DNA of 64,000 nucleotides from the NCBI GenBank assembly GCA_951406725.2, contig OX597832.1, positions 56,420,001 to 56,484,000 on the forward strand. Reading direction: 5' to 3'. The translations under genes and the position numbers were made by a program. Position 1 is the first letter of the stretch. The number at the start of each line of letters is the position of its first letter. This document shows, piece by piece, positions 51,621-64,000 of the stretch. The DNA is from Octopus vulgaris. Lineage: Eukaryota. Below the pieces are notes generated by a model, which made no database searches, was not told where the DNA came from, and saw only the letters and a program-made list of their open reading frames with translations.

Positions 51621-54509
51621 GTAGTCCCAGCCGTGTCTATGTGAGGCAAAGCATCTCCATTGTTTATTACACTTCATAAGTTTAGGGGAGTAAAAAGGAT
51701 TTTTTTTTAAAAGCCAGAATGAAACGTATCCACCAACGAATATTAAAAAATATAATTTAACATACCTGGACTGCCTAAAAATAGTGATTCTTTTTATAAA
51801 ATTCTTTTCTTTAAGCTTATAAACTTTCCAGTATTTCCTTTGTTTTGTTTGTAACAAAAATTCGTTAGTATTTTTATAGATTATAATTAAAATTGCATAA
51901 ATTTAAAAATTGGATGCTTTTTCGAAAATTCGGTTTTAAAAGCTGCCAGTTATCTCCCTTGGACATTTTTAAAACTGTTTCTGAGACAAGCAGAAACTTG
52001 GGATATTTTTATTAGATTAATTAAAACAATTAAATAAACTTTCATTTTGCATAGCTTTTATTTAGTAAATAAATAAATAAAAAAATAAAAAATTTACAGA
52101 CTGTGTTCTTTAAGATAATTTTTTTTTTCATATATATTAAAATGATTAAATCTTGTCCCACTCTGCAGTGAATAAATATTTAATCCAACTACTTGGAGTA
52201 TTTCAAATTTTCTACGCTCACGACGAAAATGACTTTCATTTTTTTTTTTTCTTGAAATAAATAATTAAAAAGTTCCAATTATTTAAAGTTATGTAATTTT
52301 AATCAATCAGAAGTCTCCGTTATAAAAAAAATATTCAGGTGAAAATTTGATATATTTTGAGTGATTGGAAAAAAAATTTATATTTGTTCTTCAATTAATT
52401 TTCTAGATAATCAAGATTTTGAAATGGTTTAGTAAAGTATCTAACAGAAATATCGATATATTTCTGATGATGTTGATCAACGGATAATTTCGTTATAATT
52501 CATTCTTGCAATAATGAGATTTATAGATTGAGATATAAATAGGAACACAGACGGAAAGCTATCAAAATAGGATCGTTATTGACAAGTCAGAAAACACGTT
52601 CTTCTAAGATAGTTTTAAGAGAACTTCGGATTTGTTATTTTAAATGATAATACAGTTACTGACGATGAACAACGGCATCGACAGCGTTATTCATATATTT
52701 TTTTCTCTTCAAGACTGTTTATTCATTCTAACATTGGTCCACTGATTATATAAACTCCGTCTGTGTGCATGTATGTATATATCCATAAATTTATACACAG
52801 TTAATAAGAGCTGGCTTTTAGAAATAGGAGTTATATAACCATACTGTGTTGTAGATGTGTGTTGATGAAAATTCTCTGCTCTGGCCTCTGTAGGAGGATA
52901 TCTGAAGGCGATGTGATCGGACCATTCGTCGAATAACTGTTTGAATAGATAAATAAAGCACGTTATTTGAGATGAAAAATCACCAGTCCACTGCAACTGA
53001 AGCATTCTCTACTGCACGGACCGTGAATGAATTTGGTCGACGGAAACTGTACAGAATCCTGTAGTGTATGTGTGCGTGTGATTGCCTACCATCAACACTT
53101 GACAACCAGTGTTGGTTTATTTATACGGGTTCAAATCCTTCCAGATTCAATATTTGTTTATTTTCTTCCCTCAGGTCAATTACATCTAAGTTCTTTGTTC
53201 AGTTGACCAATCATTAGAGCATTGTAAAAAGATTTTCTTTTCAGCGTTTGTCCCAGCTCTTTGCATTCTGATTTCAATTCCTGCTGAGGTCAACTTTGCC
53301 TTTCATTCTTCCAGGGTCGATAAAATAAAGTACCACTCAAGTGTTGGGTCAGTGAAACTCCTGAATCCCTTAAAAAATTGTTGGCTTTATGCCCTAATTA
53401 GAAACAAGTATTATTATTATTATTATCATTAGGGCGGCAAGCTGGCTGAATCGTTAGTATGCCGGTCTAATGCTTTACGGCATTTCATCCATCTTTACGT
53501 TTTAAGTTCAAATTCTGCCACGGTCGACTTCGCCTTTCATCTTTCAGGGTTGATAAATTAAGTACCAGTTAAAAACTGGGGGTTAGTGTAATCGACTAGT
53601 CCTCTCCTCCCAAATTTCAAGCCTTGTGCCTTTAGTAGAAAGGATTATTATTATTGAGTGAGAGAGCAGTGCATGCCATCAAAGTGACACTGGAGTAAAA
53701 TATATGATGCCCAGTATACCCATCATGACTACCCGTCTGATAAGGGTACACTAGGCACATGCATCACAACCATATGTGCATGACACTGCGATCCCATATC
53801 AAGACAAACAGCGCATGACCTTGCAGGTGGATCCCAGTTAGAATTTTCTTCAGGTCAAGTAGCCCAAGGTCCCTAAATAAAGATTGTTTAAGGATGTTGG
53901 ACAAAACACGCATGCTACCTGACTGGTCCCATGCTGGTGGCACTTAACAAGCACCATTTGAGCGTGATCATTGCCAGTGCCACCTGACAGGCTCCTGTGC
54001 TGGTGGAACGTAAACAGCATCATTCGGGTGTCATTGTTGCCAGTGCTGCCTGACTGGCTCCCTGCCGGTAACACCATTCAAGCCAGTGGCACATAAAAGC
54101 ACCACTACACAGTGGTTGGCATTAGGAAGGGCACCTTGCTGTAGAAACATTGCCAGATCGGATTGGAGGCTGATGCAGCCTTCTGGCTCTCCAGCCCTCT
54201 GTCAAACTGTCCAACCCATGCCAGCACAGAAAGCAGATGTTAAATGACGACAATGATGATGATTATTAAGGTGGCAAATTGGCAGAACCATTAACACTTC
54301 AGGAAAAATGCTTAGTGGAATTTTGTCCGTTTTTATGTTCTGAATTCAAATGCCACTGAGTATGACTTAGCTTTTCATCATTATTGGGATCAGTAAATTA
54401 AGTACCAGTCAAATACTAGGGTTGATATGATCGTCTATGCCCCCCCCCCACAAATTTCAGGCCTTGTGCCTATAGTAGAAAGGAATATTATTATTATTAT
54501 TATTATTAT

Positions 54510-55178
54510 TAAAGTAGACATCACACAGTATACAATATCCTAAAGTTATTGTTTGAAGATATCATGTCTACTGGAAAGGTGGCGAGCTGGCAGAAACGTT
54601 AAAACACCGAGTGAATTGCTTAGTGGTATTTCATCTGTCTGTACGTTTGGAGTTCAAATTCCAGCAAGGTCAACGTTGCCTTTTATGCTTTCAGGGTGAA
54701 TAATTTAAGTACCAGTTGCGTACTGGTGTCGATCTAATCGACTGGCACCCTCCCCAAAACTTTTGGGCTTGTGCCTAGAGTAGAAAAGGATATTGTGTCT
54801 ACTGGGGTTTTGTAACGTTTGTCAAGTCACAACAAGGACCTCAGACAGACACGACTTTATGCAATATGCATGCAGTTCCAAGTAATGCTGACTTTCACGA
54901 TACACCTAGATTGTAAGGTATTTCTAAAGTTTCCAGATGTTTCTTCAGGTTGGGTGGTATTGAACCCAATGCTCTGATGACAATAGGGACAACCTTTATA
55001 TTTGACTTTCGTAGCTACCACAACTTAGCAATCTCAATTCTCAGGTCTCCATATTTATCAACCTTTGATCTTTCTTTCATGATGATATGTTGATCTAGCA
55101 CTGCTACATCAATTATTAGGTGCTCTTGTTTGTTCCTCCTAAAGGTTACTATATCCATCCTTCGGTGCTCTAATACCT
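54510..55178 (-). mobile_element. R4/Dong-like non-LTR 3' end (RLE domain, 3' UTR, (AAT)n tail), interrupted by SINE B at 54575-54788
   Basis: Minus translation KVLEHRRMDIVTFRRNKQEHLIIDVAVLDQHIIMKERSKVDKYGDLRIEIAKLW*...VVPIVIRALGSIP...KSALLGTACILHKV; (TTA)n on both flanks. Confidence 0.88.
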
Positions 55179-55793
55179 TATTATTATTATTATGCCAGTT
55201 TCCGGCCTCTGTGCCGGTGGCATGTAAAAAGCACCATCCGATCGTGGTTGTTTGCCAGCCTCGTCTGGCACCTGTGCCGGTGGCATGTAAAAAGCACCCA
55301 CTACACTCATGGAGTGGTTAGCGTTAGGAAGGGCATCCAGCCGTAGAAACATTGCCAGATCAGACTGGGCCTGGTGCAGCCTTCTGGCTTCCCAGACCCC
55401 AGTTGAACCGTCCAACCCATGCTAGTATGGAAAGCGGACGCTAAACAATGATGATGATGATTACTGCCTTCCCTAATCCCAACCATGTTACAGAGCACTT
55501 AGTACACTTTGTGAAGTAGTTGTTCTTAGGAATGTCATCTGGTCTTAGAAACCACGGCAAAACTGAATTGTATTGGTCTTGGTGGCAGTAAACCTGAATA
55601 GGATCTGATGCGGATTATGAAGACCTGTCCCGCCAGTGCCAGATCGTGGAAACTGGCATAAAATAATGTTGTTAATGATGGTGAAATGGCAGGAAACATT
55701 GTTTGTCAACAGTGGAGAGAAAAAAAAAAAAGACTGTTACCTATCTTTTCCAGTATTGGAATTGATAATTAATCTTCTTCTTTTTTTTTTTAT

Positions 55794-56100
55794 CGAGATG
55801 GAGTCCCATATCATGCCAACAAGGTATTAGAAGCTTTGCAAAGAACCTTCTTGAGTCACATCACTAAAATGTGTTGCTCAAAGCCCTGACCTTAATCCAA
55901 TGAAACTCATATGGGTACATCTTGGTAGAAGGTTGTGACCAAGATGGTTGACAATTCCATCAAAGAAAGAGCTGAAATAAGCATCAGCTGAAGAATGGAT
56001 GAACATGGATTAAACCTGTCATTGATAATTTAATCAAATCCATGGTTAATCTGGTGAAAGCTATAATATTAGGTAAAGGAGGGTCCTACAAAATACTGGG
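55794..56100 (+). mobile_element. Tc1-family transposase C-terminal remnant
   Basis: RDGVPYHA ... AQSPDLNPMKLIWVHLGRRL ... EEWMNM ... IDNLIKSMVNLVKAIILGKGG (SPDLNPIE..W motif), with frameshifts. Confidence 0.8.
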
Positions 56101-57944
56101 ACAAAATTTCATTCATTTTGGATAATGCTTGATGAAATTATTAAATGCTATATTATCATCATCATTATCATCATTTTTTAATATCTGTTTTCCATGTTGG
56201 CATGGGTCAGATGGCCTGACAGGAACTGGTGATGTTAAGGGGCTGCACCAGGTTCCAGAGTCTGTTTTGGCTTGGTTTTTCTGGCTGGATGTCCTTCCTA
56301 ATGCCAACCACTTTATTGAATATATTTGGTGCTTTTAGATGGTACCACATCACCAGCGCTTTTTATGTAGCCAAAAGCTACATTAACATGGCCGTTTATT
56401 ATTCCCATGGCTATAAATTTAATGCAGGCTACTGTGTACTTCATATACTTCATATTTAACAATATAAACATACAATATTCATAAAGGTACATGGCTTTGT
56501 GGTTAGGGTGTTGCACTTACAATTGCAAAACTGTGGTTTCAATTCCCAGTCTGGCAATGCATTGTGCTTGAGCAAAACACTTCATTTCATGTTGCAGTGT
56601 TTTCATAATTCAACTGTAAATGAATAACCCTACAACGGGCTGGCATTCCATTCAGGAGGAATATTGACCTGTCCATCTAACCACTGGAGTGGCATTATTT
56701 AAGAATCTGGTCAACATACTGTCAGAGTGGTTTAAATGTATAAGATATATTAAGTTAAACATATAAATATAATACATAAACATTTATTCATATCTGGTTG
56801 CTTCTGGGAATATTTAATCAGACTGATTTCTTAACAGAGCTTATATTGATTAGAATTATATGTAATTAGTGAAAAAGATTAATTGCAAGCCACAGTAATT
56901 AAGTTTACCAGTCAGTACGGAGGATAACAAATTTTCTAATATCTAATCAAAAAAGGTAGCCAGAAAGGGTTGTTTTTTGTTTGTTTCTTTCTTTCTTCGT
57001 TTTTTTTTTTGTTTCTTTTTATTGATTAGAACAAGTTATGCACCTAACTTGACCGGTTTTTTGCCTGTCCAAAGTATTTTCATAGGTTTGTCCTAAACAT
57101 CCATGTTATTTTCAGACTTGGTTAACCCTTGTTTTATACGTTCTGAGTAATTTAAAGCTTTCTTTTCATAAGTCCCAAGTTTCTCTGGTGGTTGAAATAA
57201 AATATGATGCATGGGTGCCAGTCCTGTATATCATATGTGGTACATAGAATAGGTAAAAGGTTAATGGGTCCTTACATATTGCTGTTACTCTCGTTTAATT
57301 TTGTTATACTTCACTGTTTTTGTGACTGCACAGGCATAGCTGTGTGGTTAAGAAGTTGGTTGCCCAACGGCATGGTTATGGGTTCAGATCCACTGTGTGA
57401 CACTAAATGTCTTCCACTATGGCCCAGAGCCAATCGAAGCTTTAGGAATGGATTTGCCTGATTGGAAACTGCAAAAAGTTCACTACTCATGCCACACGCT
57501 CACACATGTGTGTGTCTGTCCTTGTCTTGGCATCGTACAATAGTTGTAAACAAGTGTCACTGTCATACAAGCAGTGTCCATCATGTTTCATGGAAACACG
57601 TCCAGCTCCAGGGAAATATTACTTTGCTTAGAAACAGGGGAAGGTTGGTGACAGGAAGGGCATCCAGCTATAGAATATCTGCCTCAACAATTTCTGTCTT
57701 GATTCATGCAGGCATAAAAAAGAGAAGGATTAAAATAATGATGGTGATGATGATGATGATGGGCTAGTTATTGGTGTAGCAATGGCAGCTCTTTTTCTGG
57801 AATATTCTTCTCACTGTAGATTTACAATATTCTTGAAGGTTGATCATGATACAACCAAAGAGACTTGTTTAATGTTTCAATGGCTGGTTTAATTCAAGGT
57901 TATATATTTATACACCTCTCTCCACACACACACACAGGCACATA

Positions 57945-58195
57945 TTGGGTGGTGCATAATTATTGCGGATTTTTTTTTCAACAAATTTTATTCAACAAAA
58001 ACAATAACAGCATGTTGCAAAAACATCTTTAGATGATTATTCCGGAGCATATTCACCATCTACTTCAATTACTGTTTCCCATTTGCTTGGCAGATGGTCA
58101 GACCATCATTTAAAGATGTTTTTGTTAAATATTGTTATTATTTTTGTTGAATAAAATTTGTTGAAAAAAGCTGCAATAATAATGTACCAACCTAA
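57945..58195 (-). mobile_element. Internally deleted mariner element (MITE) with long TIRs and TA TSD
   Basis: TA-TTGGGTGGTGCATAATTATTGC ... GCAATAATAATGTACCAACCTAA-TA; interior encodes DHLPSKWETVIEVDGEYAPE* (mariner C-terminus) on the minus strand. Confidence 0.85.
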
Positions 58196-58653
58196 TATAT
58201 ATGCACACACACACACACACACATCTGGTTAGAAAATTTAATAAATGAAATTGAGTTCTATGAAGAAATAAAATCACAATCTCAATCAATTTTTGAATTA
58301 TGCAAGGTTTTTTTTAAAAAATTTAATTTCGGTTATTAAAAAAAATATATATATTTTCAAAACTGATTTGAATTATGAAAATCCTGCATTAACATCATCC
58401 CCAGTATCATTATATCCGATTTCCTTATAATTATGAACTTAATGAGTTTATAGTTTTATGTATTGTCATATGTTCTTGATTGTCTGTGAAGCTCAACTCT
58501 TGATCATGTCACGTCTTCCCAGTGCCAATAAAAAATTTTTTTAAATATTTAATTGAAATTTGTCATATCCGTTTGTAGCACATTGGTGAGAGATTCAGAA
58601 GGAAAATTACTATTTTTAAATCTCGCAAAGTGAGATATTCAGCAACAGTACTT

Positions 58654-58925
58654 TGTAGTAAAGATTGTTTACCAACATAACATGACAGTCCAGGTTTAGG
58701 ATGAATGTTGCTGTAATTTAGCCCCAGGAGACATTGTCTCCAGCTGGCTATACGACACGATCTATGTCCTTACATTTACGAAACAATTCCCTTGTTTCGA
58801 AAATGTAAGGGCACAGATCATGTCGTATAGCCAGCTGGAGACGATGTCTCCTGGGGCTAAATTACAGTAACATTCGTCCTAGACTGGGACTACCATGTTT
58901 ATGTTGGCAAACAATCTTTACTACA
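58654..58925. repeat. Long inverted repeat (foldback element), ~130-bp arms, short loop
   Basis: TGTAGTAAAGATTGTTT...CGAAACAA-TTCCC-TTGTTTCG...AAACAATCTTTACTACA. Confidence 0.92.
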
Positions 58926-59502
58926 GATTCTGAAGGGTTCGTTAGTCTAAAGAGTGGTGTGTTAAGTTACTAGTAAGACCCAAATGAGTGATTCTGAAGG
59001 GTAGCTCATTAAAATACAAATGCATAATTCTGAAGGGTGGATCTATAGGCCCTGCCTACTAGATTTTTGTTGGTTTGCATCTTGTTGTTAGTGTTGTTTT
59101 ACGTGTCCTGGGCAAAATTAACTCTTGCTAGCTCAGTGCTCCTAGCTGTAAATAAGTACCATGAAGATGCACAATTCATTGTTTTAAGTCATGAGTATAA
59201 ATATATAAGCTGTGAGCAGTCTTTGGTTAGTTTGTGACATTAGGCTGATAATGTCCCATGGGATTACTTAGAGAGGGGAGATAAATAGCTGCACATCTTC
59301 CATTACATGATGAACCTCTGTGACATGTGGTTGATTGATATGCAAGAAACAGTAGGTAGTAGTCCCCTATAAAGTCACTGATGTGAGACTGCTGTTGGGT
59401 GAACATGAATCTGTAAATGGTATGTTGATCTTGTGAGGCAGATTAATTGCTTTCAGTAGTTAAGTTTCTAACAGTGACATCCAAATCTGGTTTAATCTTG
59501 GC

Positions 59503-59675
59503 CAGGGGTCTCCAAAGTGGTTGATATTGACCCCTGGGGGTTGATAAATGCCTGAAACTGCACATCTACTTAATTACTATTATTTATTTATTTTTTTCTT
59601 GTACATGCTTGGGGGTCGATTAGGGGTCAAGAATGCCATGAAGGATCAATGGCCTAAAAAGTTTGGAGACCCCTG
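59503..59675. mobile_element. hAT-type MITE
   Basis: TIR CAGGGGTCTCCAAA / TTTGGAGACCCCTG; 8-bp TSD ATCTTGGC / CTCTTGGC. Confidence 0.88.
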
Positions 59676-60499
59676 CTCTTGGCTATGATAATCCTCTTCT
59701 TGAGTAACTTTTACCTTTTATAACATTTATTCAGAAAATTTGATAAGCAAGCAAATGAGAAGGTCACTATATGGTTTGCACATCTTGCTAGGAATAGCAG
59801 CCAAATATACTTCAAATCCAACCCAACTGTCTGAAAATGAAAAGGTGCATTAAATAATGTTATCTGAGATATCCCTAAAAATGACAGAGTGGTCATGGTT
59901 GGAATACTTTCGGTCATAAGTTTGCCCAATCGGAGTTGATCTGGTATTAACATACAATTATCTGGAGAAATTTTGATGGGAAAATATTAAATCCATTGTA
60001 CTTTATTGGATGTCTTCACACATGATTTAAACAAGGTGGGTGTTACAATGTCTTGTGACAACAATAGTAGCTATTTTGAAGACTGAACAGTCTACATTAA
60101 TGAGAGTATTATGCTGTTTAGTGTGTGGGAAATAAATTGTGTTATCTCATTTAATATTCCCATCTGATGTGCCTGTAGCAGTGATTTGAAACCTGGCCAT
60201 TAGATACTTGATTGGACATCATGAGCAAACCACCATAAATTCATGTGGTCAGTCTATTATTTGACAAATTAGCATGAGGCTGTGGTGGGTTATGGTTTTC
60301 TCAAACGGTCTGGAATTTACCTTCTGGTGCCCTACAAAAACCACTTTTGGTGCTTTTTAAAATTGTAGTGTTGAATCCAGCTGGCTGACTCATGCCTCCA
60401 CTCCTGCCATGAGCATTTGCACAGACAGCTCCAGGTTCTCAGAAAGACCATTCTGAACATTCATATGTCTCAGAAGTAACTTCTACAGATGTGGCATGG

Positions 60500-60532
<33 letters not shown>

Positions 60533-61701
60533 TGGCAATTATTAACATTGTTCACCAAATATCATCATGTCCAGCAATGAATATTTTGGTTAAATGTTTG
60601 TGGGTTTGCTTCTTCAGTCATTATTCTTTCAACCAGCAAAATTAAAACCCCATTTCGCCGCTATTCAAGCGACAGCTACCAACAACCTCAGCGACATTCC
60701 TTAACTTGGTAACATAAAACAAATAGGTTAAAATGAATATATCCTGTTTAACGTATTCCCAAGAGAATGTGAATTTCTCTTATGCTAATATTATTGTATT
60801 TACTTGTTTACAAGGCAAGGGATTTGATATAAAACTTTGGGGAGTGAACAAGAAATCATTGTCATCATCATAACATTCGATTTGTCATGGGAAATTTTGA
60901 AGCAGTTTCTTTTTTTTTTTATGGTTGGATACTCTTCCTGTCACTAATCCATACCTGTTTCCAAGTCAGGTTATATTCCGCTTTGTCCTTTTGATCTGCA
61001 AACAACTTGGTGACTGGACATTCCTTGGCAGTCATATTGTAAACAAGCAACACCGTTTTTGTGTGGCAATGGTTCTTGTTTATATTTAGTATGCACATGT
61101 CAAGACGGGAAACCTATGCTCTCTCAGATCCACGTCCGTGCATGTGTGTGTATATGTGTGTGCATGCATGCGTGTGTGTATTACAGGCTTCTTGTTTCTG
61201 TCTGCTAAATTTCACTCATAAGGGATTGGCGAACCTACTCTTGCAGTAGACAGCATCCATCTAACAGGAGCAAACTTCGAACCGCTTGGTTCCAAAGCTA
61301 ATTTCTTAACCAAATAGCCGATCCTGTGTCTTATAAAATGGATAAAATATATTACCGATTTTTAGTTACAAAGACTAGCCCTCAAGAAGTTGCTCAAATT
61401 GGTCCAATGTACTGTTTGTCCACCGGACAAATTCTTCTTTTGTATAAAACATGTTGTTAGTATTCCATCAGTAAATAACATTTATTTCAAACTTTATAAC
61501 AAATTCTTTATTTCGTGTAAATATCTTTAATAGGAGTGGCTGTGTGGTAAGTAGCTTGCTTACCAACCACATGGTTCTGGGTTCAATCCCACTGTGTGGC
61601 ACTTTGGGCAAGTGTCTTCTACTATAGCCTCGGGCCAACCAAAGCCTTCTGTGTGGATTTGGTAGACGGAAACTGAAAGAAGCCTGTCGTATATCTATAT
61701 A

Positions 61702-61738
<37 letters not shown>

Positions 61739-62200
61739 GTATATATGTATATGTATGTGTGTGTATATGTTTGTGTGCCTGTGTTTGTACCCCCAACATC
61801 GCTTGACAACCGATGCTGGTGTGTTTATGTCCCCCGTAACTTAGCGGTTCAGCAAAAAGAGACCAATAGAATAAGTACTAGGCTTACAAAGAATAAATCC
61901 TGGGGTCGATTTGCTCAACTAAAGGCGGTGCTCCAGCATGGCTGCAGTCAAATTACTGAAATAAGTAAAAGAGTAAAAACCAAACATTTTGTAAGATTTT
62001 AGGTCTGAGTATAAACCTTGCCAGAACATTTCGGCATTGGTACTGCATTGATGGTTCCGCTCTAACATTACCATTCTTGTCAAATAATTTTCATCTCTAA
62101 TTAGTATATTTTTTGATGATAGATTTTTGTTTATTTTTTAAGTACCTTTCCTATTTTTACTATATTTTATTTTATTTTCTTTGTCTTTTTTTTATTCCAG

Positions 62201-62341
62201 CTTTGATCACCATCTTCTATGTAATATTCTATGGATTTCTTGCTGGTTTCTTTACTGCCACGATTGCTGTCTTTTATACTACAGTAGATGCTCAATTTCC
62301 AAAACTTCAAGGAAAATCTAGTCTTCTTAAGGGGAGTCCAG
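62201..62341 (+). CDS. ATP1B: Na+/K+-ATPase beta subunit, second coding exon (transmembrane helix)
   Basis: Long polypyrimidine tract plus CCAG acceptor; (A)LITIFYVIFYGFLAGFFTATIAVFYTTVDAQFPKLQGKSSLLKGSP(G); donor GTAAGC. Phase 1-1, in frame with exon 1; FY..FY..LAG motif. Confidence 0.95.
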
Positions 62342-62595
62342 GTAAGCTGTATAAATTTATTTATTCAGATAAGCACAATAACCAATGTTACTAACCTATG
62401 TTAAATCTTTAACATTTGAATTAGTCATATCTAACCAAAATTTTCTGTTTTGTGTTCAAACTGGCCAGATCTGGCCTCTCAGACCAACCCTACAATATTA
62501 TTCTAAAGATTAACAGTTACCTCATCAAAATCTCAAAGCTACAAAATAATACATGATTCATTCAAAACGATGTGAATAAATAAGCATTAATTTTA

Positions 62596-62766
62596 ATAGA
62601 ATAATGGTTTACGATCTTCAAATGTTGAGAAAAGAATGGGCAAGATGTTGACCTCAAAGTTTTGGTTACTACCACATTATAGAATAAAGGTTTACGATCT
62701 TCAAATGTTGAGAAAAGAATGGGCAAGATGTTGACCTCAAAGTTTCGGTTACTACCACATTATAGA
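62596..62766. repeat. Tandem duplication, 83-bp period
   Basis: GGTTTACGATCTTCAAATGTTGAG... starts at 62606 and again at 62689. Confidence 0.9.
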
Positions 62767-62767
62767 T

Positions 62768-62968
62768 CAGTGCTTTTCAAACTTTTTGCTGGAGTGGAAC
62801 CCCAAGGAAACATTCCACTGGCTCGAGGAACCCCTGTGCTATAATTTAATAGTCTTATGCACAAATATCTGCACAGGAGAATTAAAAATTACTGCCAATT
62901 TTAGCTGTTTTGTAACTTCTTGCGGAACCCCTGGACTGTACTGGTGGAACCCTGGTTGAAAACCACTG
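62768..62968. mobile_element. hAT-type (Charlie-like) MITE
   Basis: TIR CAGTGCTTTTCAA / TTGAAAACCACTG; 8-bp TSD TTATAGAT / TTATTGAT. Confidence 0.88.
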
Positions 62969-64000
62969 TTATTGATATACACACTCTGGGCTGACCAGGC
63001 ACGAAACAATGCCAGCCATGTGTTGGTAAACTTCAAGGGAGGTCCTAATGAAGCTGTTACGGAAATGCAAAAATAGGAAGTTACCAAAGAAACTGAAAAT
63101 CTTCCACTAAAAAAACAAATTGAAGTAGCATGTTGACTAAACACCATAACTCTTGACTAAAAGAAAATAAACCCTTTATTTTCTTTTTTTTTTTGTTGCT
63201 TTTTTTTTCATATGAAGCATGAGATTAGAATTTTTAATCAGATGTGTTTTCAAATATGGCTCATAATTGAACTAAATGAACTTTGTTTTTTTTGTGCACT
63301 TATATTGATAAATATCTATTTCCAAGCAAGAAAGAAGTAGAAAAAAAAAACAGTAAGTAGCTTGCTAATCAACCACATGGTTCCGTGTTCAGTCCCACTG
63401 CGTGGCATCTTGGGCAAGTGTCTTCTGCTTTAGCCCCGGGCCGACCAATGCCTTGTGAGTGGATTTGGTAGACGGAAACTGAAAGAAGCCTGTCGTATAT
63501 ATGTATATATATATATGTATGTGTTTGTGTGTCTGTGTTTGTCCCCCTAGCATTGCTTGACAACTGATGCTGGTGTGTTTACGTCCCCGTCACTTAGCGG
63601 TTCGGCAAAAGAGACTGATAGAATAAGTACTGGGCTTACAAAGAATAAGTCCCGGGGTCGATTTGCTCGACTAAAGGAGGTGCTCCAGCATGGCCGCAGT
63701 CAAATGACTGAAACAAGTAAAAGAGCAAAGAGAGTAACAAGCAGTCTGAACTTGTTCTATAAAAATTATAATCAGCTTATTGGAAAACAGTTTTTCGAAT
63801 TAACAGTATTGAACAGGGAAATCAATATGCCAATAGTGTAAGTGAGGCTTTACTTGTTCAATTTATTAATCTCATAAGGCTGTCAATATTAGATCTGTGA
63901 ATTTGACACCAAAATCTTGGTTGGTGATCATGTATAAGTAAATAACAATGTGTATGTGTGTGCTTTTGACCTGTCAATAAATGTGAAAAATTACTGAAGC

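Noticed and set aside
62113-62394. 93-aa ORF as a stand-alone gene
   Set aside because: Only 62201-62341 is exonic; the flanks are the polypyrimidine tract and intron read-through.

Overview
Repeat-dense, AT-rich eukaryotic DNA. The SINE/LINE repertoire and microsatellite load point to an octopus-type cephalopod genome (inference). One host gene is supportable: the first two coding exons of a Na+/K+-ATPase beta subunit (+ strand, 36761-36893 and 62201-62341, joined in frame across a 25.3-kb GT-AG intron; the gene continues beyond the window). The rest is tRNA-derived SINEs, decayed LINE fragments (R4/Dong-like, HERO-like, RTE, CR1/L2-like, Tx1-like), a Penelope-like GIY-YIG remnant, Tc1/mariner and hAT MITEs, foldbacks and microsatellites. 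Almost all listed ORFs are microsatellite or SINE artefacts. The most notable signal, parsed by eye, is about 11 copies from at least 7 unrelated small elements that carry type-I hammerhead ribozyme folds of the Penelope-associated kind. These include cores with the C3:G8 pair swapped to A3:U8 (7254-7290) and G3:C8 (30148-30198), and a tRNA-headed SINE ending in a hammerhead. No ribozyme activity or database match could be tested. Repeat boundaries are approximate unless TSD/TIR coordinates are given.
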